Virus record (IMG/VR): IMGVR_UViG_3300031669_005479
Coordinates: 128,001-192,000 of that record
Reading direction: 5' to 3' (one strand)
Origin: a virus
Lineage: Duplodnaviria; Caudoviricetes
DNA: 64,000 bases
Below, piece by piece: positions 42,276 through 52,091 of the stretch. The stretch's first letter is position 1; the number at the start of each line of letters is the position of its first letter. Below the pieces are notes generated by a model that was given only the letters and a program-made list of their open reading frames with translations, had not been told where the DNA came from and did not search any database. Made by a program: the position numbers and the translations under genes.

Positions 42276-44903
42276 TTAATTAATTTTTTTTCGAATTACA
42301 GTTTCATATAAATTATATTGCTTATCAATAATAGCATCAAGTTTTTTTAAATTTTCAGATTTCTTACTTTCAGTAAGAACTGGCTTTCTTAGACCTGCAT
42401 GTTCTTCAAGCCTATTGCGAATATATTTTCTTAGTTTTGCTTCACCTTCGGACATTTCCTTACCTTCATTCCAATGATTTTTTGCTCTTTTTGCAAAATT
42501 TAGTTGGTGTTCCTTTTTCTTTATGTCTTCAGGCACTTTTTCGCCCCTATCTTGAATTGCCTTACTTTTCTTTTCAATTCCGCTGAGTTCTTTATCTATT
42601 TGCCCAACACTTTTTTTTGAGTTTTCTCCAGTTTTATTGATTTTAACATTGCTATCCCATTTTTCTTCTACTTTTGCCTTTGCTTCACCTTTGGACATTT
42701 CCTTACCTTCATTCCAATGATTTTTTGCTCTTTTTGCAAAATTTAGTTGGTGCTCTTTCTTCTTCATATCTTCAGGCACCTTTTCACCCTTATTTTGAAT
42801 CGCACTGCTTTTCTTTTCAATTCCGCTAAGTTCTTTATCTATTTGTCCAACAGATTTTTTTGAGTTTTCTCCAGTTTTATTGATTTTAACATTACCATCC
42901 CATTTTTCTTCTACTTTTGCCTTTGTTGTTAATTTTGTTGAAATTTCATCAAGTGCTTCACGTAGTTTATTAACCACTTCATTTACTGCAATATTAATTG
43001 TTTTGTTCTCACCATCAACGTTTATGTCAATGCCCGTTGTAGGAGCACCGTTTGGTTTTACAACTCCACCGCCCATAGATTGGCCTTCAGGTGCAAAATT
43101 AATTTCATCGTTTTCTTCTTCGTTACCATCACCTAATTCAACATTTTCATCGTCTTCAAATTCTTCCTCTTCTTTAATTGATTTCACGGGTACATTTGTT
43201 CCAAGTTTTTTACCAGTTTTTGGTTCAGGAATTGTAATTTCTTCGATAGGTTGTGTTTCAACATTTGCTGGGTCCATACTCTCTGCAGTTCGAAACTTAT
43301 TTAAATTTGCAGCGTTACCGTTTTTGACTTGATTTGCAATTGTTTGCAATATACTTTGAACGTTAACTGGTTCCTGACCAGCCTTAACTGCATTAGCGTT
43401 TACCGCAGCAACTTGTTTGCCTAAATCAGATGCAAGTGTTTGGAGTTTTTGAATTGCAGCATTTTTTTCACCTGCATAATATCCTTGCTTAATATTCTGT
43501 GCTGCTTGACCAACTGCATGTTTTACTTGACCAGCCTTTTCTACACCAGAATTGTATGCGTTCTGTGCTGTTCGGCCAAGTGCATTTGCACCATTTTTAA
43601 TCGCACCACCCACTGCATTGCTTGCTTTCTTACCCAAATAGTTTAATCCACCGAATAATTCACTGATTTGTGTTTTAACATCTTCTTCAGTAGATTCATC
43701 CATTGAATTAACTTCTGGTTCTAGTTCATCTGCATATTCCTCATGTCCATATTCATTTCTTAAGATATCCAATACTTGTGGCATAAGTTTAATAAATAAT
43801 GAAACAACTTCTTTATCACCATCATTTTGCCCTTCGCTGTGTGCTGTTGCATAACCACCAATCAAATTCCCCATTTCTTCTTCACCACATTCCATTAATG
43901 ATTCTGGTGTATATCCTCTTGATTCAGCATATCTTGCAAAACCACCACATTCTGAGCATTCTTCTTCTAATCCATTATCATTATTTGTGTCTTCTGTTCC
44001 TGCAGTATCTTCAACATTTTGGCCTAAATCTTGAATTTCTTCTGGTGACACAACATTAAGAATCATATCAGAAATTTCGTGTCTATCATCATCATCGATT
44101 TTTGCCATTTTATTTGCATTAGAATTTTCATCCTCATCTTTATTTGGTAAAAATCCCTTTACAAATGTTTTAAGTAGCCAAGTTAATTCACTGCCATCTA
44201 AGTTGGAATTTTTGATTTCGCTTGCTAATTTACCAACTTTACTTTGCATGTCAGATAAAACTTCATCATCATCTCCGTTATCACCTTCTGCATCCATTTC
44301 ATCATCAGCAGCCATCTCATCATCACTTGCTGCATCCATTTCATCATCAGCGGCCATCTCATCATCACCTTCTGCACTCATTTCGTCATCAGCAGCAGCC
44401 ATCTCATCATCACCCACAGTATTGCCCAAATCACCAGTTGGCATTGCTGGTGTTGCATCTGCAGCATCACTTGCAGCGTCCAAATCATCGAGTTTACTTT
44501 CGGCTTTATCTATTTCATCACTTGCCTTGTCTTCATTTAATTTCTTTTTTTTACTTCCAGTTAGACTTGGTTTAAATGTGTTTGCTTCATTAATTGTATG
44601 AAACATCATATTTCTTTGTTTATCTGCCTCGCCTAATGATTTATATTGAAATTCTGTAATATTTTCTAAACCACCAATATATGCAAAATCAGAAATGTTT
44701 GGGTCTTGTTTTAGTCCACTTTTTTTAATATAGTAGTTATGGTTTTCCTTAATTATACCATATGCAACACCATCTGCTGCTCTTTTATAGTCAATTAAAG
44801 TGCCAGCTGTACGATTATTAGATTCTCTTATCGAATCCTTATTGGGATTTGCTAATGTTCTCATTCTTTCGTAGTATGCTGCTTCCGATGTACGTTTTTT
44901 CAT
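42276..44903 (-). CDS. Large acidic, probably internal-head/prohead protein with internal repeats (875 aa)
   Basis: Late motif upstream, (A)ADDEM low-complexity repeats, duplicated 81-aa module, many xxE sites. Confidence 0.6.
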   Translation of the reverse strand: MKKRTSEAAYYERMRTLANPNKDSIRESNNRTAGTLIDYKRAADGVAYGIIKENHNYYIKKSGLKQDPNISDFAYIGGLENITEFQYKSLGEADKQRNMMFHTINEANTFKPSLTGSKKKKLNEDKASDEIDKAESKLDDLDAASDAADATPAMPTGDLGNTVGDDEMAAADDEMSAEGDDEMAADDEMDAASDDEMAADDEMDAEGDNGDDDEVLSDMQSKVGKLASEIKNSNLDGSELTWLLKTFVKGFLPNKDEDENSNANKMAKIDDDDRHEISDMILNVVSPEEIQDLGQNVEDTAGTEDTNNDNGLEEECSECGGFARYAESRGYTPESLMECGEEEMGNLIGGYATAHSEGQNDGDKEVVSLFIKLMPQVLDILRNEYGHEEYADELEPEVNSMDESTEEDVKTQISELFGGLNYLGKKASNAVGGAIKNGANALGRTAQNAYNSGVEKAGQVKHAVGQAAQNIKQGYYAGEKNAAIQKLQTLASDLGKQVAAVNANAVKAGQEPVNVQSILQTIANQVKNGNAANLNKFRTAESMDPANVETQPIEEITIPEPKTGKKLGTNVPVKSIKEEEEFEDDENVELGDGNEEENDEINFAPEGQSMGGGVVKPNGAPTTGIDINVDGENKTINIAVNEVVNKLREALDEISTKLTTKAKVEEKWDGNVKINKTGENSKKSVGQIDKELSGIEKKSSAIQNKGEKVPEDMKKKEHQLNFAKRAKNHWNEGKEMSKGEAKAKVEEKWDSNVKINKTGENSKKSVGQIDKELSGIEKKSKAIQDRGEKVPEDIKKKEHQLNFAKRAKNHWNEGKEMSEGEAKLRKYIRNRLEEHAGLRKPVLTESKKSENLKKLDAIIDKQYNLYETVIRKKIN
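42436..42921 (-). repeat. Tandem 243-bp (81-aa) near-identical coding duplication
   Basis: KVEEKWD...QLNFAKRAKNHWNEGKEMS occurs twice with a 243-nt offset (42658 vs 42901). Confidence 0.9.
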
Positions 44904-44982
44904 TTGAATATGTTTTATATTGTGTATTATTTACGTTATATTTTTTTATAAATACTTAAATGTGAACAAAAAAATGAACATT

Positions 44983-45231
44983 TTAGATTATTTCATTTTT
45001 TTCATCAATGACTTTGTATTTAATAAGCATTTCATTTACTCTTGGTGTTATTAAATTTTTTCTTTTATAGTTATTAATAACAGATTGATTTGCCTTTTTT
45101 TGTGAAATCTCCTCATTCAAAAATTTCACATTTTTGTGCAAACTCTCCAATATGTCATAAAAAATCTTTTCAGTTTTCTTTGTTTCGACATATTCAACTA
45201 ACTGCTCTTTTGTTACAACAATTCTTTTCAT
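44983..45231 (-). CDS. Hypothetical protein
   Basis: Third gene of a co-oriented minus-strand run. Confidence 0.5.
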   Translation of the reverse strand: MKRIVVTKEQLVEYVETKKTEKIFYDILESLHKNVKFLNEEISQKKANQSVINNYKRKNLITPRVNEMLIKYKVIDEKNEII

Positions 45232-45234
45232 AAA

Positions 45235-46050
45235 CTATTTAATGAATTCATTTAGACTTAATTCTTTAGTCAAATAATCATTTTTACTTGTAATCATTTT
45301 TTCGAGATAACCAGTATTTCTTAAAATTTTAAATACCAAATTTTCTACAGAAAATTCACCACCAGCACTATCAAGTCCAGATTGTCTATATTTTTTTATT
45401 TTGTTCTTTAAGGCTTCATGTTTTTTTAGAAAATCTGCCTTATTTTTATTACTTTGTAAATCATCGATTGTATTCATAATATCTGCTGCTTTTAATTGTA
45501 CATCAGCACTATCGATATTTACAATTTTCTTTGTTGGTTTTCTAATCCATTCGTTATTTATTAATGAATATGTGCCTGATGAATGATGTGGTTCAGCACT
45601 ATCTTGAAAATACATTTCAACATCATGTCCTTTAACTTGAATAGGCAATTTATCTGCCCATAATTGTTTCTTTAATTTAAAATAGTCACCAACAAATTCT
45701 TTATTTTCTGAAATTTGATTAAAATCGAGAATTATATGAACATCAAGATCAGAATTTTCATTATAATTATAATTTGCAAGACTACCAGTTAAAATAATGT
45801 CGTTAAATTTAAGATTTTCAGCATCACAAAACTCGATAAATCTTTTAGCATTAAGTAATAATATTTTTCGAATATCTGGTTTTATTGTTTCCTCGTCTTT
45901 CCAAATAAAAGGATTTAATGTATCGTGCATTTGTATAGACGATACATCAACACCATCTGGTTCAACAACTTCTTTTAATGTGTCAGAAATGTTATGACCT
46001 TTCCAGTATCTGCTAGACCAAGAACGTGGCGTTTTTTTTTCTTCAATCAT
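45235..46050 (-). CDS. Pol-beta-family nucleotidyltransferase
   Basis: IILTGSLANYNY..SDLDVHI and VEMYFQD motifs. Confidence 0.8.
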   Translation of the reverse strand: MIEEKKTPRSWSSRYWKGHNISDTLKEVVEPDGVDVSSIQMHDTLNPFIWKDEETIKPDIRKILLLNAKRFIEFCDAENLKFNDIILTGSLANYNYNENSDLDVHIILDFNQISENKEFVGDYFKLKKQLWADKLPIQVKGHDVEMYFQDSAEPHHSSGTYSLINNEWIRKPTKKIVNIDSADVQLKAADIMNTIDDLQSNKNKADFLKKHEALKNKIKKYRQSGLDSAGGEFSVENLVFKILRNTGYLEKMITSKNDYLTKELSLNEFIK

Positions 46051-46052
46051 GA

Positions 46053-46445
46053 TTATTTACCTACTTTTGCAATGGGTGTAATTCGAATATTATTGCTTTT
46101 ATTTTCATAAACATTTTCTTCAGGTTTATCGTCATCTTCATCATCTTCATCATCGTCGTCATCTTCATCTGTCTCACCTTCCAAATCTTCTTCTTTTTTT
46201 TCGAATTCCTCTTCTTCTTCTTCATTGCCATGAACCATAGCATATAGACTATCAATTTTTGCTGTCAATGCCGCAATTTTTTCATCTGGTGTTAATTCTT
46301 TTGGCTGTTCATCATTTGTTTCTGTAGGTAGTTCATTGTCAGTTTCTGTCGATATTTCTTCAAAATCTTCATTTAATTTTGGTTTAAATGTTTTATCGAG
46401 TCTACCCATAACTTCGAAAAGTCTTTGCTTGTTGTCTTTTTTCAT
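46053..46445 (-). CDS. Acidic late protein with N-terminal KQRLFEVM..FKPKLNE tag
   Basis: Late motif at about 46460-69; poly-D/E tract. Confidence 0.6.
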   Translation of the reverse strand: MKKDNKQRLFEVMGRLDKTFKPKLNEDFEEISTETDNELPTETNDEQPKELTPDEKIAALTAKIDSLYAMVHGNEEEEEEFEKKEEDLEGETDEDDDDDEDDEDDDKPEENVYENKSNNIRITPIAKVGK

Positions 46446-46625
46446 GTTTTTAATTTTTATATAAATACTACTGTTTATTCATTATGATAATAAAACATTA
46501 TCAAACAAAAAAATCACAAAATGTTATTTATGTCGATAATGAAAATTTCTTAATTTTATCATTTTTAATAAATACTTAATTATATTCAAATAGATTTAGT
46601 ATTTATAATTAAATTCCTCAGTAAA

Positions 46626-48695
46626 ATGAATTTAGAATGTTTAAATGATATAATCACTAACAACTTAGCAATTCACATCGATTTGACCGATTTGAAATCA
46701 TGGAACTTAAACACTGGTTTAACTGCATTCAGTTTAACTAAGTGGAATAATGCCATTTCTAATAACATAAATTTAGTTGATTTTGGATTAACTTCTTTTG
46801 ATAATGGTAGAACAAATACTATGTGGAGTGGTATTACATTAATGCCAAGTGATACATTATTTTCAATGTATAGGGTTGGTTATAATGATGTATACAATCC
46901 AACTACTGGTGAAACAAGTGGTATTACTACAATCACTCAATTTTTACCAATGAGTGCAACTTCAGCATCTGGTGGAAGTTTAAATTATTTTGACTTAAGT
47001 GGTGGATATTTACAAGGATTTTTTAAATTAGATGGATATGATTATGAATTATTACCTGCAAGGTATAATGATGGCATCACCATTGAAACACTATTATATT
47101 TATATCCAAATTCTTCAGGAATTTTCTACATGATGGGTGCACGTGCAGAAGATAAGTATAACACATATTTTAGTGGAGAAACAATGATTAATATACCTTC
47201 AGGTATAACGTCAAATACAACAATTATTACCCCAACTGGTGTAACGAGTAGCCTTAATAATTTTTTAGATTCTATTACAGAAAAATTTATACCCAAAATG
47301 GGATTTAAATTACCTGAAGATATGATGAGAACGTCTTACTCGGAAACACAACCAATAAAAAATATTGAAAATAACGTAATTGCTTTTGAATTAACTCAGG
47401 ATAGAAGATTAGCATATAAATATGTTGATGCTAATGGTATGGTTATTACTAATGCATCACCAACAGTAGTTGCTGCAACTGGATTTACTATGATAGATAT
47501 GGTATTTACACCAGATGCTAAAATTGATGATCCCGATTTAATTGATTGTGCACCACAAAGATTAGGTAAATTAATTTTTTACGTTAATGGTCGTTCAGTT
47601 TGGATAATTAAAGAATTTCCCGAATATTATTTCAAATCATTTGCAAATGATAAGGAAAAACAATTAGGTGTGCCTTATTCAATAAGTTGGGGTGGTGGTA
47701 GTTTTGGATTAGAGCATTCATATCATTATGATTACCAGACATATGTAATATATCACAATCAAGATAGTAGTTATATTAATTCTAAATTTATTGTTGAAGC
47801 AGACCCGATTTCAACTGAATGTTATATTGCACCAACAGGTGATACTATTCTAGCAGGTTTTTCATTAAGTGCTAATAGCAATACGTTCAAATATTTGGAT
47901 AATTGTGATTCAAATATTGAGCATGCGTTAACGGTAATGCAGGTTGAATATACTGGTGGTACAGGTAATACGTATTTTTTAAAATTTAACCAACCAATTT
48001 CTGTTTTATCAAATAGGGATTATGTTGCCAACTTATCGATATATGTTGATAACTTATTTAGTGGTGGAACTAATAATGTAGTTTCAATGTTAATGTATAG
48101 CGATATTACTGATGTTAATATTGTAAGCGATATTGAATATGTTAATCCAATAACTGAAAACTATATACTAAGTCATAGTAAAGGTTTATATCCTTGGGGA
48201 TTTGGTGAAGAGTATGAATATAGTTTAAATGGTGTATTATATTATGGTGTATCTGGATTGCCAGTTACGTTAGAAAATTCAAATGTTGTTGGTTATGATA
48301 CATATAATCCATATGGATTAAATTATGTTGTTACAGGTAATAATATTTGGCTACCAATAACTAGTAAATTCAGAACACCAGATAATAGTGGTCAAAATAA
48401 CATATATTTAGGATTATTGGTTAAAACTGATGGGGCATTTAATGTTGGTGGTAGAATATATGTTAAAAATTTCACATATACTGCTGAGGATATTTTAGTT
48501 ATTGATGATAGAAAAAATAACCTAACCATTGAACAAAATTTTAAGCCTTCGTTTGTTGGAGGCATACAAAAACTTAGAATATATGATAGGGCATTTACAT
48601 CTCCAGAAGTATTGCACAATGCATTAATTGAATCAATAAATCATCCAGAAATAAATCTTATTGTAAATAAGGGTGGTAGAATAATATATCGTTAA
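46626..48695 (+). CDS. Virion protein with LamG/concanavalin A-like domain
   Basis: C-terminal FVGGIQKLRIYDRAFTSPEV; late motif 46598-46607. Confidence 0.6.
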   Translation: MNLECLNDIITNNLAIHIDLTDLKSWNLNTGLTAFSLTKWNNAISNNINLVDFGLTSFDNGRTNTMWSGITLMPSDTLFSMYRVGYNDVYNPTTGETSGITTITQFLPMSATSASGGSLNYFDLSGGYLQGFFKLDGYDYELLPARYNDGITIETLLYLYPNSSGIFYMMGARAEDKYNTYFSGETMINIPSGITSNTTIITPTGVTSSLNNFLDSITEKFIPKMGFKLPEDMMRTSYSETQPIKNIENNVIAFELTQDRRLAYKYVDANGMVITNASPTVVAATGFTMIDMVFTPDAKIDDPDLIDCAPQRLGKLIFYVNGRSVWIIKEFPEYYFKSFANDKEKQLGVPYSISWGGGSFGLEHSYHYDYQTYVIYHNQDSSYINSKFIVEADPISTECYIAPTGDTILAGFSLSANSNTFKYLDNCDSNIEHALTVMQVEYTGGTGNTYFLKFNQPISVLSNRDYVANLSIYVDNLFSGGTNNVVSMLMYSDITDVNIVSDIEYVNPITENYILSHSKGLYPWGFGEEYEYSLNGVLYYGVSGLPVTLENSNVVGYDTYNPYGLNYVVTGNNIWLPITSKFRTPDNSGQNNIYLGLLVKTDGAFNVGGRIYVKNFTYTAEDILVIDDRKNNLTIEQNFKPSFVGGIQKLRIYDRAFTSPEVLHNALIESINHPEINLIVNKGGRIIYR

Positions 48696-48696
48696 T

Positions 48697-48900
48697 ATGA
48701 GTAAATTATCTGAAATATATGATGGATGGAAAAATCTTACATTTCCAGACCAGAAAATTGAAATAGAGGCAAAACGTAGAATTGAAATCTGTATTAATTG
48801 CGATAGGCTGACAAAAAGAAATACTTGTAAAATATGTGGTTGCTATATGCCAGCAAAGGTAAGAAGTATCAAATCAATTTGCTCATTAAAGAAATGGTGA
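48697..48900 (+). CDS. Small Cys-rich (Zn-binding) protein
   Basis: CxxC...CxxCGC...C..KKW. Confidence 0.6.
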   Translation: MSKLSEIYDGWKNLTFPDQKIEIEAKRRIEICINCDRLTKRNTCKICGCYMPAKVRSIKSICSLKKW

Positions 48901-49335
48901 ACTCGGTCTATTGTTTGTTGTAATTATATACGTGTTTTCAAGTGCCCTACCCTCAAAAAAATTTGTATTTAAGCATTTTTTTTGATTGCCAGTTATGACA
49001 TAAACACTATTTTCAGTTTTTATTTCAATGCACCCATTTAGGCATAACACACAATTAATGTGTGATCTTTCCTTTAATTTGAAGTATGCTCCTTTAGGTA
49101 AATAATAAAATATAATTATTTCATTACTATTATCAGTAACAACTTTTTTATATTTAATTTCTATATTATCGTTGCAGTTATCCCATTCAGCAAAAAAACG
49201 AATAATAATTCCATCATCAACTTCATGAACTATGGGTAGTTGCTTTAATAGTTCTTTTTTTTTCTTTTCGATTAAACCATTAACTTTATCTAATATTTCT
49301 TTTTTTTCATTGGTCATTTTATTGAAATTTAGCAA
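48886..49335 (-). CDS. Hypothetical cupin-like protein
   Basis: Beta-rich C-half (YLPKGAYFKLKERSHINCVLCLNGCIEI); start uncertain. Confidence 0.4.
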   Translation of the reverse strand: MLNFNKMTNEKKEILDKVNGLIEKKKKELLKQLPIVHEVDDGIIIRFFAEWDNCNDNIEIKYKKVVTDNSNEIIIFYYLPKGAYFKLKERSHINCVLCLNGCIEIKTENSVYVITGNQKKCLNTNFFEGRALENTYIITTNNRPSSPFL

Positions 49336-49952
49336 TATGGTGTATTCGCTACACTATCCCTCATTTCAGTAGTATTGATTTTCAATGTTTCCCCAACAAT
49401 GAAATTTTCAGTAAATGCCCTAATAAATAGTGCTCGTATTTTTTGTGGTGCTTTTTTAAATGCAATAAAATCAATCTCATCACCATTTTCTGTATATAGT
49501 GAAACATTAATGTCGTTCCATTGAAATGCATTAAACCATGTGTCTTCTGTTGGTTCAATATCAGTATCTGGAGTGCCACCAAGTCTTCCATAGTTACGCT
49601 TACCATCAACACTAATTCCTATATTATCGCTGTCAAAATCAAGACCAAATTCAATTGGGTTTTTTTGCGAGTCGTATAGATATTTTACCTTAAGGTGATA
49701 TTCGATTGTTAATCTATCTGCATCATCAAAATTATATTCATCCCAATTACCACCAATTTGTGAATCTAATATTTCAATAATTTTTATTTTGGAATTTATA
49801 TTCAGTAGTGAATCACAAATAAATTGCTTTTGTAAATCTTCGTTATTTAGTAATTCAATGGTTTCCTGTTCTTTGTTATATTCTTCGTTACCCAAAAAAT
49901 CGAATTCTGAAATTACCTCGTTAATGACTTTTATAATATTCTTATTTTTCAT
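49329..49952 (-). CDS. Hypothetical late protein
   Basis: Late motif upstream; N-terminal IIKVINEVISE. Confidence 0.55.
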   Translation of the reverse strand: MKNKNIIKVINEVISEFDFLGNEEYNKEQETIELLNNEDLQKQFICDSLLNINSKIKIIEILDSQIGGNWDEYNFDDADRLTIEYHLKVKYLYDSQKNPIEFGLDFDSDNIGISVDGKRNYGRLGGTPDTDIEPTEDTWFNAFQWNDINVSLYTENGDEIDFIAFKKAPQKIRALFIRAFTENFIVGETLKINTTEMRDSVANTPYC

Positions 49953-50238
49953 TAGACATATTTTACAATAAATACTAAAAATATTTTAATATTTACTTGC
50001 CCTAATCACAATATTAACATTTTAAATATTAGTTCATAGTATTTATATTAGAAAAATCATTGCTTAGTATATGAATTAAGTTATGTTAAATTGGCAAAAA
50101 TGATTTTTAAAATTTTATCTCCAGATAGTGGTTATGTAAAATTTTAATTGCTAATAAATAAAAAATTGCATCATAAGTTCTAATTACGGTGCAATTTTTT
50201 TTATGCTATAATTAAGTATTTATTTAAAAGATACTGAT

Positions 50239-50544
50239 ATGACAAATAACAAACATAGACTTTTTGAACTTATGGAAAAAGTTAACCCTAACTTCAAAAA
50301 TGAAGATGTACTACAAAAAACAACAGAACCAGTTCCTACAGATGTTGCAAATCTTGAAAAGGCAGTAAAATCTTCAAGTTCTGTTCAATATGCAGATTCT
50401 CGTATTGATACACCAAAGGAATTCGAATTTGCATTTAAGGATTGGTTGAGTGGTACGGGTTTTCATCCACAAAAAAATCCAATATCTATTTCTCAAGCGC
50501 AAAGTTTTGTTAAAAATGCAATGGAAAGTTTAGGATATAAATAA
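50239..50544 (+). CDS. Late protein with N-terminal KHRLFELMEKVNPNF tag
   Basis: AGTATTTAT upstream; tag shared with three other ORFs. Confidence 0.6.
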   Translation: MTNNKHRLFELMEKVNPNFKNEDVLQKTTEPVPTDVANLEKAVKSSSSVQYADSRIDTPKEFEFAFKDWLSGTGFHPQKNPISISQAQSFVKNAMESLGYK

Positions 50545-50559
50545 TTTTTTTAAAAAATG

Positions 50560-50590
50560 CTTGTATTTATAATTTTATTATATATCTTTG
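50560..50590 (+). promoter_or_regulatory. Bacteroidota sigma-A-type promoter for tRNA cluster 1
   Basis: CTTG-N19-TATCTTTG matches the -33 TTTG / -7 TAnnTTTG consensus. Confidence 0.65.
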
Positions 50591-50628
50591 TATCGATTTT
50601 GTTTATACATAGTTTTAAAGTTTTAGTT

Positions 50629-50703
50629 ATGAAAAATTTAACACATACACAACCCCAACCGAAACAACAGCCACAAATTGTTGAATGGGGAAGTTATGCT
50701 TGA
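50629..50703 (+). CDS. Putative attenuator leader peptide (MKNLTHTQPQPKQQPQIVEWGSYA)
   Basis: 5 Gln, 3 Pro and 1 His codons ahead of Pro/His/Gln tRNAs; contains GAATGGGG, a copy of the terminator 3' arm. Confidence 0.75.
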   Translation: MKNLTHTQPQPKQQPQIVEWGSYA

Positions 50704-50733
50704 ATTTTTCGAAAGATGATTTTAAGTGAAAAA

Positions 50734-50764
50734 AACCCCATTCTTAATTGAATGGGGTTTTTTT
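50734..50764 (+). terminator. Attenuator terminator 1
   Basis: AACCCCATTC-ttaatt-GAATGGGGTT followed by a T run, between the leader and the first tRNA. Confidence 0.85.
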
Positions 50765-50821
50765 GTAACAAAAAAATTTTTATTTCGTACAATAGTTCAT
50801 TGACATATTAATATTTTATAT

Positions 50822-50896
50822 CTAGGTGTTCCGCAGATGGATATACGGGCGTGCCTTGGAAGCACGTGTTCGCAGGTTCGAATCCTGCTACCTAGA
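50822..50896 (+). tRNA. trnP: tRNA-Pro(UGG), copy 1
   Basis: Acceptor CTAGGTG/TACCTAG, anticodon arm CGTGC-CTTGGAA-GCACG, TTCGAAT loop. Confidence 0.85.
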
Positions 50897-50981
50897 GGTA
50901 ATCAAATTAAACTACCTGCACGTGGTGATTACTGCACGGTTGAATAAACCGACCAAATGTTTAATGTATAATATATATGGT

Positions 50982-51491
50982 ATGAGTAATATAAGCGATA
51001 TACTTAAAGAAGCAAAAAGTAAAGGATATTATGCCGATGAATATGGTAAAATTTATTCAGCGAAGAAATTAATTTCATTACGAAATAGAGATAATCGGTT
51101 AAATTTTACCATAAGATATTATGGAAAAAGAGTTACAATTGCCGTACATAAGTATGTTGCATATTTAAAATATGGTGATAAAATTTTTGATGATGGTATT
51201 GAAGTAAGACATTTAAATGGAAATTCGCTAGATAATTCATATGAAAATATTTTAATTGGAACTCATAGCGATAATATGCTTGATATTCCAAAAAATGTTA
51301 GAATAAAAAAAGCAATATCAGCATCAAGTAAAAATAGAAAATTTGGTGATGATATCATTAAGAATATTATGAATGATAAAAATAATGGTATGTCATATAG
51401 TAAATTATGTGAAAAATATAATACAAGTAAATCGACATTAAGTTATTTATTTAATAATGCGTATTATAGTGGTGCTAGAAATATAGAGTAG
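50982..51491 (+). CDS. HNH homing endonuclease
   Basis: VHKYVA...EVRHLNGNSLDNSYENILIGTHSDN; stop overlaps the next tRNA; start could be 50964. Confidence 0.8.
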   Translation: MSNISDILKEAKSKGYYADEYGKIYSAKKLISLRNRDNRLNFTIRYYGKRVTIAVHKYVAYLKYGDKIFDDGIEVRHLNGNSLDNSYENILIGTHSDNMLDIPKNVRIKKAISASSKNRKFGDDIIKNIMNDKNNGMSYSKLCEKYNTSKSTLSYLFNNAYYSGARNIE

Positions 51492-51557
51492 TAGCGCAGT
51501 TGGAAGCGTACCGCATTTGGGATGCGGGGGTCGTGAGTTCGAGTCTCACTTACTCTA
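51485..51557 (+). tRNA. trnP: tRNA-Pro(UGG), copy 2
   Basis: Acceptor AGAGTAG/TTACTCT, CCGCA-TTTGGGA-TGCGG, GTGAG-TTCGAGT-CTCAC. Confidence 0.9.
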
Positions 51558-51565
51558 CTAAACAT

Positions 51566-51637
51566 GGTGATTGAAGCATTAAAGTGATGCGTCAGACTGT
51601 GAATCTGAAGAAGACGGGTCAGTACCGTCCTTTCACC
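51566..51637 (+). tRNA. trnH: tRNA-His(GUG), atypical
   Basis: TCAGA-CTGTGAA-TCTGA, G-1/C73; two U.U mismatches in the acceptor stem and a non-canonical T loop GTCAGTA. Confidence 0.65.
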
Positions 51638-51642
51638 CAAAT

Positions 51643-51707
51643 ATCGATTCTACAATCGATAAATATATATTATCGGTTGTAGAATCGATAAATATATATT
51701 TATCGAT
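51643..51707. repeat. Nested inverted repeats (20-bp hairpin + perfect 24-bp palindrome)
   Basis: ATCGATTCTACAATCGATAA-atatata-TTATCGGTTGTAGAATCGAT overlapping ATCGATAAATATATATTTATCGAT. Confidence 0.85.
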
Positions 51708-51870
51708 GTGATAGACGGCAAATGAGTTGGTGTTAAAGAAGACATAACCAAAGATAAGTTAAATAATCTTAGAGTAGATGTAATGCAGAAGATACGAAAA
51801 GATATTGTAGATGGTAAATGTCAATTATTTACATACGAAAGAAAATTTTATTAATTAATTAATATAATAC

Positions 51871-51944
51871 TGTCTCGTGGCGCAATCGGCTAACGCTCCT
51901 GACTCTGAATCAGATGACTACGGGTTCGAATCCTGTCGAGACAA
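51871..51944 (+). tRNA. trnQ: tRNA-Gln(CUG)
   Basis: TGTCTCG/CGAGACA acceptor, loop CTCTGAA; C27.A43 mismatch. Confidence 0.85.
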
Positions 51945-52006
51945 CAATAGTATTTTTTTGCAAAAAGTAGCATTTTTCGATACTTTCCGCAAAATATAAC
52001 TAATAT

Positions 52007-52091
52007 TGACCTCTGGTGGAATTGGCTAAACACAACTGTCTTTGAAGCAGTCGTCCGTAAGGATTTGCAAGTTCGAGTCTTGCGAGGTCAA
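52007..52091 (+). tRNA. tRNA with UUG (Gln) anticodon and long variable arm
   Basis: TGACCTC/GAGGTCA, ACTGT-CTTTGAA-GCAGT, variable arm TCC-GTAA-GGA. Confidence 0.8.

Noticed and set aside
50826-50981. ORF-track N-terminal extension of the HNH gene
   Set aside because: It is a translation of tRNA-Pro and spacer sequence.
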